From Callorhinchus milii (lineage: Eukaryota), in contig NW_024704742.1 in assembly GCF_018977255.1 (NCBI RefSeq), positions 114,020,001 through 114,084,000 on the forward strand: a stretch of 64,000 nucleotides of DNA, in the 5' to 3' direction. The notes below the pieces were generated by a model that made no database searches, was not told the DNA's origin, and saw only the letters and a list, made by a program, of their open reading frames with translations. Of this stretch, positions 51,179 to 64,000 are shown piece after piece (position 1 is the first letter of the stretch; each line of letters starts with the position of its first letter). The position numbers and the translations under genes are program-made.

Positions 51179-54100
51179 AGATTACCTTCCTGATATGAGT
51201 TATATCTTTAAAATAATTCTTGGATAAGCAGCAATCATGGAAAATGAAACCCTTACGTCACCAGAATTGTGGTTGAGTGATGTATTTTGTTGAGAACTCC
51301 AACTAGCTACATGAATAGGATTTGCTGTAGATTTGCGTTAAACAAGCAATTATGTCAAGAAAAAAATATTTTCACTTCATTATATTGAAGAATATGTGCT
51401 GTTCTGTTCATTGCTGGTTTTCCCTCTGCTTTTAGCATAGAGACCACATAGTAGAGCCAATCTCTCTGAGAGCATCAAAGGAATATTAACTTGTAAAGTC
51501 TAGAAATATCTTATATTCATCTCCCTATGTAAACAATGAGTCTACATTCCCCTACAAAAAAACATAGTCAACAAACTCTACAGTAATTCCTGTGAATCTC
51601 CTTGAGACATCCTCCCAAACAGAAAGGTGCTCCCTCAAAAAGTATTGATAAGGATTGAATCTCTGTCAAACTCAAATATCATGATAATATTGTCTTAGAT
51701 CACAGGATCTCATAATCATAATGTACAGATACAGATTATTTTAAAGGTTGCTATTAATTTCTTTATTTTAGCTCAATACACCCTAATTAGAAAGTTAATA
51801 TTTTAAAAACTTTTGACTTTTCCCTCTCATGATTTGTTCAATATTTTTTGTCTCTCATCTTTATTCATCTCCTTGCACCATGTCTGTCACATCCAAATTT
51901 CTTTCACTCCCTTTGAACTTTGACATTCCTTCCTATAAGCCCTCTTTAAAGGCACCTGCTTGAAGGTACAGTGTTGTCTTATTTCACAAGACAGTAAATC
52001 CTTTATGAACCATGTACTAACCTGACACAACACTGGCAAATCAAATTCAAATTAGGAGACCTGCATTCCAAAATGTCTTGCATTCTGAAGAAAAAAACCT
52101 TCGTTAAAGCTCTCCTAACCTATTAAAGGAATACTTAAAGGAACACCAACAGGTGACCCTCTCGCTAAGTAAGTGATTTGTTCCACGCAGGATCCTAGCA
52201 TCACCAATTAGTGACGCTACGTCAAGCTCTAGGTTGTCGTTTGTTTGCTTAATATTAGGTTCCCAGGAGTTCTCTGTATTGGCCGATTGATATCATCCTG
52301 TCCTAGGTCAAATATGTAACTTTGTGATCGAATGGGTAAAACCCAAAGCCTCTGAGCTGCTCCAAAACTAACAAGAGGACACTATGAGGAAAAAGATATG
52401 ATAATAAAATTTGACACAGTAATATAATCACAGAATAGCACATTGAATTAATTTACTGAGTCCCCTTAACATAGGTTTTTCAAACATCCCCTGTGCCTTA
52501 TGCTTGTTCACCTTCCTTGGGAGAACGGGATATGCGACCAGCAGAGCCCTCCACAGACAGTCTGAATGCATTGCTTTGGTTGACTTACATTTGGTGGGAG
52601 GTGAAGAAAGGAACATCCATCTACACCACGTAAGATACGAAATGTGAATATTTGTTTCTTTAGTCAATTAAATTCTTGACATTCAGTGATCCAAGATCAT
52701 ACATCATCAATGGTGCTTATGGGTTCAATATCTCACTAAGAGCTTGGGGACCACCTGTGGTATAATGTCTTCTTAGGAGCTGCCAGTGAAATAAATATAT
52801 TTTTAAAAAGAGATCGAAGCGGGTTCTAATTGTGCCAAGCAGAAAATGGCAAGAAACACGCAAGGTCCAGTCTTAGAAAATGTATCACAAACAGTCTAAA
52901 ATACTGTATTCAGAGATCGATTCTAAAGAGCCTTGAATCTCCTTTCAATTCTCTGAAAGAGTCTTTTTTCATTTAGTGCTCTCTATCACCATACAATGTG
53001 ATGTTTGATGCCATCAGCCAGTTACCGTAAATGTGTCTAATTACACATGTGAAGGAGCAGCTTCTGAGCTCACTAATTAATAAGTAGAGTCATTGTAATG
53101 TCATCTGCATCACAATGTTGCCTTCACTTCTTAAAACACTTACTGTTACAGAATACCTACCTCTTTAAAATTCAGAGTCCACCCTCTAAGTATGAGCACA
53201 TGTCTAGCCAGTATTGTTTGCCCCAGTTTACTGATTTGCACACTAATGTTTAATTGAACACTGAATCTCCACCACCTAATGCCTAGGTTACATGCAAATA
53301 TTTAGTATGCACAGTGCTCCCTACACCACATTGAAGATAGTCTAAGACTACTCCTTTCTAACGTTTAATGATAAATATCTGGAGGCTGAGCAATGCTGTA
53401 AAATATCTTACAGTTTTAGTGTAATATAGGCTTATACTACTGATGCAGGCTCTAAGGTCACTGCTGTTGGTCTTGCAATAAGGGGGTTGATTGTCCAGAA
53501 TTCAGAATCTTCTGAACAAATGCCAAAGACTGCATCTGCATTTTAACTGGGATTCATTTGTTCAGTTTCTGTCTGGTGAATCAGTCTGAACTTGGCTGCA
53601 GCTAGCCCATTAATTGAAAAATAATAGCTTCATTAACTCTTTACTCTAGCTTTTTGAAATAATTTAAGCTACAAAAAGGAATTTCTCAGTCGTCCCCCAC
53701 TCCCCCACCCACCCCCAACAGATAATTGTAGAGTTTTTTTTTATATCGTTGAGTATAAATATTTAGATTTTAACATTTTCATGTCAGATTGTCTTGCTGC
53801 TTCGAATAACACCCACAATTACAATTTGCAGTGTTGAAAAAAATCTCAATTTTTTTTATTAGACATAGGGTAGGTAAACCATTCTTAAATTATCAGCAAA
53901 ACTTTGCTTATTCCACCTTCAAGGTGGAATAAGAAACCTGGTGGAAAGCATGTTCATAAACTATTGAAATTGTTATGACAATAGAATTGTCCTTTATAGA
54001 AGTCAAAAGTTCAAATAGTTTTGCTCTCTGAAATATAATCAAAAGGAGTTCCCTCACTACCGTTATAGTACCTCTGTAATGAAGACACGTTAACACTTTA

Positions 54101-54820
54101 TGCTTATGTGCTGCAATTCATTTTAACCCAACTACTACATATTGTGCTGGAGCCAACTTCGATTCAGATTTCAGATTGACCTGTGGGAATCGTTCACCTT
54201 TTGCACACCAGACAGGAGAGCAGTTCTACTCTGAACACCGCATCAATCTGAACGTCTTTAGTCTTGTTGGTTTATTGCGAAAGGTACATTAAAATGTAAT
54301 ACTGAGCACTGGCTAATGCTAAAGCCTTTGCTTGTAGATCTTAATGTATTTACTCGGGGGGATCTGAAACAGTAAAAGAAAGAAAAATCAAATGGTGAGA
54401 ACCGCAAGAGACAAGTCAAGTCACAGAATTAACTGTTATCAGGAAATGGTGTAAATTCATAACAGCACTTAAATATTATATCTTGTAATCATAAAATGGT
54501 GTCAACTGCTAAAAGAAACATTAATTTTTAAATAATACTAACCTACTATCACTTTTAGTTTGTTTGCACATTACTGTTGCAAGAAAAGCTTAAACCTTAT
54601 TTTTAGTACTGCAGTCACAGTTCAAAACATTACACCACAAGATCAAAGCAAATAAAAAGTAATAAACTTAAAAAAAGCATCATTTGGTTTCTGGAACGTT
54701 CACTCAATTATACAACTAGGCAAATAAAATCAAACTGACCTGTTGACAAAGACAGTGTCATGAAATGCAGGTATACTTTCTGCATTCAAATCTATCATTA
54801 ACAATTAATATTATTTCAAT

Positions 54821-55028
54821 AAAAACAGAAGTCGTTGGAAACACGCAGCAGGTCAGACAGCATCCATGGAGAGAGAAAAATGAGTTAATGTTTCAGGAAT
54901 GTTCTAATGAAAGGTCATAGACCTGAAAAGTTAACTCATTTTCCTCTACATAGATGCTGCCTGAGCTGCTGCGTGCTCCCAGCGACTTTTGTTTATATTT
55001 CATATTTCCAGCAGCTGCAGTATTTTGC
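54821..55028 (+). mobile_element. Penelope-derived palindromic short repeat with degenerate hammerhead core
   Basis: ~75-bp inverted arms 54822-54897 / 54922-54994; 16-bp TSD ttaatattatttcaat at 54805-54820 and 55029-55044; CTAATGA-A-AGGTC-ATA-GACCT-GAAA. Confidence 0.75.
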
Positions 55029-55116
55029 TTAATATTATTTCAATGTTTATTTGAAAATGCACAAGGATTGTTTGTGGTAAAATCTCCCTTGTACACTAAA
55101 GTATGATTCAGTACAT

Positions 55117-55572
55117 TAATAATAATAATCCTTGCATTTGGTATAATAATCCTTGCATATGATAGAGTGCCTTTCACATCATCGAAACATTTCAAAGCTC
55201 TTCACAGGATTTTCTGTAAAGTGACTTTTGACTATGTATTTTGTGGGCGAAATGCGGTAGCCAGTTTGCATACAGCAATGTCCCACAAACACCCATGGAG
55301 TGAGTGACCAATTGGGAAATTGTTGGCCAGGACACTGGGAGAAATTCTCTTCTTGTTTCGAATCAAGTCATGGGATTTTTAACAGTTACCTGAACAGGCA
55401 GATGAGACCTCGGTTCAACATCTCATCTGAAGGACGGAACCTCCGACAATGCAACACGTTCCCCAGCATCGTATTGGAGTGTCAGCTTAGGTTATGCGAT
55501 TCAAGTCCCAACGTGGGGCTTCAACCCACAACCTTCTGATTCAGAGTTGAGAGTGCTACCACTGCAGCAAAG
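55117..55572 (-). mobile_element. near-complete old SacSINE1/DeuSINE-like SINE
   Basis: head gtggtagcactctcaactctgaatcagaaggttgtgggttgaag through Deu-like body to ATT tail. Confidence 0.85.
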
Positions 55573-58500
55573 CAACTCTCACATCAGCAGGACGTCCCAA
55601 AGCACTTCATAAGATTTACTATAAAGTGTAGTGGTTGCATATTTTTTGCAGGAGAATTTATAGATCACCACTAAAATGTAATTGTTCAATTTCTTGTATT
55701 TCTCAAGAATCTGCAGCATAAGTAACTCTCCGCTATCAGTATTAACACATATTAATTTAATTTGGAGTTTCTGAATATCAGGGTCTTTGAAAACAGTTTT
55801 TCTGATCTGGAATAAGTCTGGCTAAAGGAAAAATAGAATAGAACAGCTAATAACTGTCTTCTCTTTTTTCAGAGCAATTTATCATTTCCGATGCAAGACT
55901 CAGAACAGCCACAAACTAACTATCTATTTCCAAGAAGCAGGCTCCCTGAGGAATTGCAGTGTCCCTGGCCAATTTTCTGAGGTCTGCTGCTTACTTCAAT
56001 CAACCCTGTGAACAAATGCAGCCAAACCATCAGTTGTCCACTCCTATATGTGTCTGCACAATGAAAAAGTGGAGCATAAACTAGGTTATGTTTGTTAGGG
56101 AAAGGGGATTGGTTACAGTGACAGCCAAATCCATTAATCTTTGCTTTGGGGACCTTCCAGATACCTTGTAATTAAATCCCATTTTTACACTCCTCCAATT
56201 GATTGATGAATATTTTCCTTCACTATTTAAATTTTATTTCATGCTACAATGGCGTGAAAAACTTGAAATTTCATAACACATTCACCACAATATGTGACTC
56301 GGGGCCACATTTTGACGCTTTTCAAAGTAATTTGTCTTATACCAGTTTCAGTCAGCTTGAAGAACCAATTTAGACTGCTTGTCTCACGCTAAAACAATAA
56401 CAATATGGCAGAAAAATAACACTTGAGTAATAGCTCATCTGTGCCAGCAAACAGCAATGAGCTGAGGGATAACATTTAATGACTAAAGTTTTTGCGGTGA
56501 ATTTTAGATGGAGAGAATATTGACTCGTTCACCAGGAGAGCATCCGTTTCATCTTTGAATAGTACCTTGGTACCGTGAGCTACCAGAACACATAGGCATG
56601 ACTTTGATTAGGTCCCTCCAACAATGTAGCTGGAATTCAGCCATCAATCACTGTTTTTGGTTTGCAAAAATACTCCCACAAAACGTGGCACATTTAGTCC
56701 ATTCTGTTGCCTGAACTGCATGCTTGGGGATTCTAAGGATCAATGCATTTTATACTGTAAAATGAGCATTTAGAACAATCAAATGTAAAAGCAGTTCTAA
56801 AATAGATAGAACTGCTTATACCACAAGCTTATCTAACATGCACACATTGAGTTCTATATTGAGTTACATAGAGGCAGTATCCAATGAAAGTTAAAGGGTG
56901 AAATTTATCCTGGAAATAGATTTTGTATGCTAAAGTCTTGAAGGAGAGAACTATCAAATTGCTAACTACGCAATAAACATTGAGATGTTGTAAACGGGCA
57001 TAACATTATCTGGTTAGATATTACTTTGTTTATCTACATTTTCCACCAGGTAATCTGTGTCCAGAAATTCTCTACCAAATTAAAAGTGAATTAAGCTTCA
57101 GATCAATGCATTAATATTTTAAGATTGTGCAGAATTTTGGAACTTTCTTAAATTCTGTTTTAATTTGGAAGTGTTTTTCTGTAGTTCTTTTTATGAACTA
57201 CAGCAAATTACATACCAGCCTTCTAATACTATTAAACCATTAAGAATAAAGACAAGTTTTGATTTTATTCCACTAACAAATATGAGATGGACTCCTTCAG
57301 ATATATGGCAATGTAAACTGTAGATAATCCTTGGTCCCTTTCACACAATCATACTATCTCAATGGATTACTGAAATTTACTGATACATAGAATGTGAGGA
57401 TTGTTAAACTATAGACATTTCTACAAACTGTGTGGCTGAGAGGAAGAAATGTCCATATTAATAATATTATTCATAATAATAACCCTTCTATTTGATATAG
57501 CACCTTAGCACGTTGTCAAAAGATCTCAAACCGTTTCACGGGATTTATTGTAGAGTGTTGCGGCTGTGTATTATGTAGGCAATCAATTAGCTCACAGCAC
57601 TGTCTCACAAACAGTAAAGAAGTGAATGACCAATTGCATCTGGGAGATTTTTAAGGTTTATTAGCTAAACAGATATGCTGTACTCTATGATGCATTCATT
57701 TCCTGTTCAAAATGTGTACATCATGTTAATTTACAGTCCTCCAATTGTATCATAAAATCATCAACCTCAGTGTAAAGAATTCAAAAGATCGTACTCTGAG
57801 CTGTTATAATAAGCCTTGGATTCTTCTGTTCAAGCATTCTTGACTAATGTCTCCAGCTAGCTTGGAGAGCTCCATTGGCTCTTGCTAACAATTTCTGAGA
57901 TCTTCCCACAACAGTACAAATTGGTATCATATGTGCATTGTCAGCATCTTATGATCAACATATAACATTTTATAACTGGAAGCTATAAGTTTCCAGAAGA
58001 ACAAAGTTTCAATTATTATGAGTAAGCAAGACTCAGTTACATAAAAGCAAAGCTCAGAGAGCTAATCAGCTGTCTGAACAGTGAGAAAGCTGGCCGATAT
58101 GCTAATTTATGGAAATTCATGCTGAAAACTAGTCGCTGGTTTTCCAAGTAATTTCACAAAGAAAGCGAAGGCCCTCATGTTTGTTTTAAACGGTTAGCAA
58201 ATTCAATTTCGTGAAGTCTGAGGTTTTAAAGCAGTTTTTAAAAAAACGAAAGAGAGAGCCATTTTTGAATATAACTTTTCCAGGCTAAATAATGCTCTTA
58301 CTAAGTGTGGGAAATCTCTATTCACCACTTCACTACTGGACCTCTAGGCTCCCCATGCACTTTACATGTGGTGCTGTTTAGGCTTTTATGACCTAAGCAT
58401 TAAATAGATTGATCACAGGAGAAGCACAAAACTGCCATTAAATAATTTCTGTAGTTCAATATCGGGTTATTTACTACTTTGCAACATACTTGTCTTTTGG

Positions 58501-60042
58501 GTTTAAAAATGAAGAATAACGGATACCCAGAAGTGATCACAAGGGAGTAATCCAATCTATGAGTCCAGATAATATTACAAGCTGTCACCTGTTCCTAAGG
58601 TATTAATGGTGCACAATCAATCTCTTCCACCAAGTCACTGATGGTACATATATACCAGGCAGTTTATAGGGGACATCCTGTTTTCAATTGGTGGCAGATA
58701 TTATGATAGACAGTTATAGACCTGACCTAAGTATAATAGTATAAGTAGAACTCAACATTGATTAATTAAAGTTTGCACTGTAATCACTGCACTTTTCCTG
58801 GGTGATAAGCAAGTGATGAATATCAGCACATTTATATTAGCACTCTAGAGTGTAGATGCCATCTTATCTCAGCTGGTAGCACTCTTGCCTTTGAAACAGA
58901 CGGTTGTGGATTCAAGCCCCATGGAGGAGTTTGAACTCACATAGTCAAGGCTGACGCTCAAATGCAGTGCTAGAGCTTGCACTATCAAATGCTAGGATTA
59001 TTAATTGCTTTCAGGTCTTTGAATCGAACTACCAAGTTATTTTGAATTCCATTGTAAATGATAGCCATTTACCAATGTCCTTGAATTTAAAATAACTGAT
59101 ATAACTCTGTGCATCTGTGTATTTTGTAGCGAGGGTGATCTGAAAGGATGAAATCAAATGGGCTAAATGACTTTTTCTTGTGATTTATTCTTACAATGGT
59201 TTCAGTGCAGTGCCTCAGCTTTTCCCCTTGGATCTAAAATTAGCTCTGCATAAGACCTTCCCACCAAATTTATAGATCAATGGGTATTTTTCTCCATGTA
59301 GTTGGCCCCACCAGAAATCAGTACATAAACTTGACAGCTCTCCATTACCACTGGAGATCACAATCAGTTCAAACCACATTGAATATACTCTCCACATGAT
59401 TAAATAACACAACTGAAACTACCATAATGCACATTTGCTACATACACCAGGTATTTTTAAAGAACACAATCTATTTTATTCTCTATCTATCTCCCAATAT
59501 GCAATAACTAACAGGTGAAGGTTTCTCAGACCATCTCAATCACTTTAATCAAAATAAATACCTCTGCTCGTTGAAAGGCACCCACACAGTTTAATCCAGA
59601 ACAAAAGACAGATTGCATGCCTAATTAAATAATTATTCTCCAAATTAAAATGTCTTTGAGCTTCAAGCCAAAACTGCAAATGGGAAAGCTCATATAATTT
59701 GCTCCTTGCACATTTTCATTGTCTTGTTTGGGCTCTCTGACAGATTCCTGTTTGAATTCCTTCTTGACAACAGTTTCTGCAAGGAGACTGCTGCCCTATG
59801 ACGTGGAAGCTTTTTCTTCCCTAGATAGCCAATATTTTCAAGGGTAGTGTGGGTTTAGCTCCTATGAGTGGGTAAATGGTACTGGATTAAGCATAGCTTT
59901 CAGATACTGCACTCATCTCAAATCAAAAGGCAGAAAATATTATCAGCAGAACATAGAACTGCAAGTTAAAACTAATCACATTGATTTATTATTAGATTCT
60001 AATACTAACAGTAAACCAATACTGCGTAAGTTTAAGGTTTGC

Positions 60043-60080
60043 TGAGAGAGAGAGAGAGAGAGAGAGAGGGGAGAGAGAGA
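60043..60080. repeat. (GA)n microsatellite
   Basis: interrupted GA run. Confidence 0.95.
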
Positions 60081-60958
60081 AATATTCCAACAGCATAGTG
60101 ATCCAATTATGTTTATTAAAGTCAAATAGCAAAACTAACAAATAGACATGATGCAAATCTCATTACACCTCTACAAGCTAGAGTAGTAGAAATAGATAGA
60201 ATCAATATTACTTGATCCCGTCTGGAAACTCTCACTGGCTATGTACGATGAATCACATTAGTACCATGGGACCCTCTGTATATATTCCTTTCTAGGCTCA
60301 GTCAGGTGATTCTGATCATGCTCTGCACTCCTGTTCTTCTATTTTCCATCCTGGACCCCTCATCCTATTTGCTCATTTTTCTGAAACTACTATACTTCTT
60401 TATCAGGGTCTTGCTTACAACCTGACATGCCTGGACAGAGAAGAAAAGAGAGAGGTCATCACACCAAGGTGGACAATCTAAAATTCTTAATAGTATTGTC
60501 CAACTGTCTGGTATCATGTCTCATTCTTGACTAGGAGGTAATGAGGGTACAAAAAATAAGCAGTGTTTTTCACTAATTTTGAACTACTACTGGATTCACT
60601 ATAAGCTGCAACAACCAGACTACTGGCAAAACATTATGGTTAAGCTTAGCTAACACACTAAAACGTATACATTCAAAAATAGTCTTATATAAGCAAACGT
60701 CACGATATTCACAGATAATCAAAAATAAACAGTTGTGTTTTATTAGTTCAGGGTTCTAAAAGGCAACTTTAGCATAGACACCAGGACAGATTCCTTTACA
60801 CAGCCAATGGCAGTCATCGTGAAGAGTGGTTGAGGCCAGGACACTAAACTTATCAAAGAAACATCTTGATTCTAGAATGGGAAGACCGAAAGGTTGGTAT
60901 AGTGTAAGGATGAGATCAAATGGTTTCAGAGCCTTCTTTATCCAAACTTCCTTTGTGC

Positions 60959-62205
60959 TTGAGTGGTTTAGCTCGTACCTTTCTCACCGTCTTCACTTTG
61001 TCTCGACGAATGGCTTCTCCTCCACCCCCCGTACTGTCTCATGTGGTGTCCCTCAGGGCTCTGTCCTCGGTCCCCTCCTCTTCACCCTCTATATGCTCCC
61101 CCTTGGTGACATCATCCGCAGACATGGGGTTAACTTCCACATGTATGCGGATGACACCCAACTCTACCTTTCCTCCTCTACTCTCAACTCCACGACCACC
61201 GATGTCCTGACAGCCTGCCTGTCCGACATCGAGTCCTGGACGAGAGACAACTTTCTTCAGCTCAACGTGCGAAAAACCGAGGCCCTCCTGATTGGCTCAC
61301 GTCAGCGCCTCCGCACCTCAGGCGCCGACACCATCAGCATCCAAGGCTGCACTCTCCACCTCTCAAAGCCAGTCAGGAACCTCGGGTTCTGTTCGACCCT
61401 GAGCTGTCCTTTCTCCCTCACATCCGCACCACAACTGGCACCGCCTTCCATCACCTCCGGAACATCGCCAGACTACGGCACTACCTCACCCCTCACGCTG
61501 CTGAAACCCTGGTTCACGCCTTTGTCACCTCAAGGCTGGACTATGGGAACTCTCTCCTCGCCGGCCTTCCCGCACCTCCCTCCACAAGCTGCAGGTCATT
61601 CAGAACTCTGCAGCTCGTGTACTGTCCCGCACCAGGCTTCGCGACCACATCACTCCCACCCTCGCTCGCCTCCACTGGCTCCCCATCCCCCAGAGGATTG
61701 ATTTCAAGATCCTCATCCTCACCTACAAGGCCATTCACGGCCTTGCTCCCTCCTACCTCTCCAACCTACTATCCCCCTACCTACCTGCCCGTACCCTCCG
61801 TTCCTCCGGCTCCGGTCTGCTCCACATCCCCCGCCCCAACCGCCCTACCATCGGTGGCCGGGCCTTCAGCCTCTCAGCCCCCAGGCTCTGGAACTCTATC
61901 CCCCAGTGCCTTCGCCTTGCTTCCTCCCTTTCCTCCTTCAAGGCCGGTCTCAAAACCTTTCTCTTTGACCGTGCCTTCAGCTCCCCTCTCGACTCTCTTC
62001 CCCCTCCTCGCTCCCCCCCCTCCCCTCACCCTGACCATTTCCCCCTTCCCCCTCCCCTCACCCTGACCATTTCCCCCCTCCTCGCTCCCTCCCTTCCCTC
62101 CCCTCACCCTGACCATTTCCCCCCTGCTCGGGTCATGACCCAACTGTGCAGCGCCTTGGGACGTCCTCCTGACGTGAAAGGCGCTTTATAAATGGAATCT
62201 TGTTG
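60959..62205 (+). mobile_element. young 5'-truncated L2 between CR1 3' remnants
   Basis: about 98% similar by eye to 10747-11984; YADD; TSD ttgtgc at 60953-60958 and 62206-62211. Confidence 0.96.
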
Positions 62206-62572
62206 TTGTGCGCCAGCAAGCTGTATAGATCGAATAAATAGGGATGTTTAAAGAGAGATGGATAGATGCTTAGATGGTAGAAGTATTAACGGGTATAACA
62301 GAAGGGATTTAAAATATTTGCCAAGATCTGATAAACTGGTGGAACAGGTTTACAGGCCTGAATGGCCTCTTCCGAACTTTCTATGACCTTATGTTCCTAT
62401 CTTGTAAAAAGACATGAACAGTGGTATTGTTATTAGTATTCTTATGCAGTATTGTTGGCTAGCATAATGAAGGCCAACACATCCTTAATAGGAAAAAGCT
62501 GGAAGTACACAAATGAATGTTTGCTTGTTTGCAACCTCACTGGGAACTGCAACTTACAACAGTTTTTAAGGT

Positions 62573-62903
62573 CAATAATAATAATAATAATAATAATCCT
62601 TGCATTTGATATAGCGCTTTTCACGTCGGGTGGACGTCCCAAAGCGCTTCACAGAACACACTGTAAAGTGAATTGACTGTATATTTGTGGGCGAACGCGG
62701 CAGCCAATTGCGCACAGCAATGTCCCACAAACAGTCGTAGATTGAAAATGACCAATTTATTATTGTTTTTTGTTTTGGAGGGATTATTATTAGGCTCTGT
62801 GTGGAGTAAGGAAACTTGCCCAAGGTTTCACCCTCTGCCTGGAATTGAACTCAGGTCTCTCACTTGCAAAGCGAGTGCTCTAACCACTGAGCTACAGGAC
62901 TCC
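62573..62903 (-). mobile_element. young tRNA-derived SINE (short subfamily)
   Basis: near-identical to 9399-9732; imperfect TSD taagg(t)caat. Confidence 0.95.
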
Positions 62904-63239
62904 TAAGGCAATCACTGATTCAACGCTGGAGAATATGAAAGACGATCTTGATTTTTATAATACCTTATCACATTGAAACATTTCAAAATGCTTCACCACC
63001 ACTTATTATCAAGTGTAGTGACATTTTTTGTTGGCAAATGTGTCAGCCATTTACAAACAACAAAGTTCTACAAAGGTATGAGCCATATGCTCAATTAACT
63101 TGAACGATTGTTGGCCAGGAAACGAGGATAAACTTCTTTCTCTTTTTAAATAGTGCCACAAAAACATTACTGTTCACCTGAATAGTCTGCTCAAAATGTC
63201 TTTACCTTGCTTCTTCTTAAAGTTCTTCTCAACTGAGTC

Positions 63240-63600
63240 TCCCAAAACATTGGGAGGATACCTTTAAAACACTTCACATTGTCAAGCTAGTGATTGTATT
63301 TGTAGACAAATGCAGCACCCAATTTGCATACAACAATGTTCCACAGATAGCCATGAAGTGAACCGACCAATTTAAACTGTTAACCAGAACACTGGGAGAA
63401 ATTCCCTTCTCTTTTCGAATAGTGTCATATGCACTTTCATGTCCATCTAAACAAGCAGATGGTACTTTGGGTTAACGTTTCATCTGAAGGATTGCACTTC
63501 CATTAAGGTAGTTCTCCCCAGCACTGGATTGTCAGCCTAGATCGAAGTGTCAGCCTAGTGCTCCCAACTGAGCCTGAACTAAGCTCACATCTAATCAGTA
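63240..63600 (-). mobile_element. old SacSINE1-like SINE
   Basis: cactgggagaaattcccttctcttttcgaatagtg...gtcagcctag. Confidence 0.75.
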
Positions 63601-63674
63601 AGACCAGGAATTTACAAAGTAGGATTTTATAGGAAGCAACATTGTCTTCTACCAGTTTGTGGTATGTCCATGGT

Positions 63675-63990
63675 AACAACAACAACTTACAACAACTTGG
63701 ATTTATATAGCGCCCTCCAGGCCAGACGGCGTCTCAAAGCGCTTCACAGTGACGGATCCCGGGGCCGAGCCAGGGGGAGGGGGAGGAAGGTGACCAAAAG
63801 CGTGGTCGAAAAGAAAAGTCTTCAGCAGAGACCTGAAAGTAGGAAGAGAAGGGAGGAGGCGAAGGGAGTGAGGAAGGGAGTTCCAGGGCCTCAGGGCATA
63901 GTGGCTGAAGGCACGGCTGCCGAGGGTGGAGCAGAGGACTCGGGGGACGAGGAGGAGGCCAGACCCGGAGGAACAAAGGCAACAGGTACT
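63675..63990 (-). mobile_element. L2 3' fragment (same subfamily as 3010-4622)
   Basis: (caa)n cttggatttatatagcgccctcc...; FQVSAEDFSF shadow frame matches 4440-4480. Confidence 0.88.
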
Positions 63991-64000
63991 GTTTTGAGGA

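Noticed and set aside
61380..61580. Frameshifts in young L2 copies as biological signal
   Set aside because: Single-base losses mostly in C/G runs (also ~5703 and ~11670) may be long-read consensus errors; raw reads needed
3124..62906. Recurrent small ORFs MGKFPYST..., MWDIAVRNW..., ...RPKALHRTHCKVN
   Set aside because: Translations of the same SINE in different frames

Overview
Repeat-dense vertebrate genomic DNA, almost certainly from a cartilaginous fish. This is inferred from DeuSINE/SacSINE1-like SINEs, shark-type CR1 fragments, young L2 LINEs with (TTG)n tails and a shark-type Penelope-derived hairpin repeat; the species cannot be fixed from sequence alone. I recognise no host protein-coding gene, tRNA/rRNA gene or CRISPR array. 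Most long ORFs in the track are L2/CR1 ORF2 pieces or shadow frames of repeats, so the window looks intronic or intergenic, with a few unverified splice-bounded exon candidates. The interest lies in repeat architecture: (1) a five-layer nested insertion at 7.5-13.5 kb (mariner > L2 > L2 > near-intact L2 > SINE); (2) a ~1.7 kb-arm inverted duplication at 28.4-34.3 kb with patchy arm identity and breakpoints inside inverted SINE and L2 pairs; (3) a modular tRNA-Ala-like/CORE-or-Meta-like/Deu-like/L2-tail SINE seen in three apparent age classes; (4) a TSD-flanked Penelope-derived palindrome with a degenerate hammerhead ribozyme core; (5) probable tyrosine-recombinase and Harbinger Myb/SANT fossils. 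I found no evidence for a wholly new functional system. All identities and boundaries are by-eye estimates, and family names come from remembered consensus motifs, not database searches.
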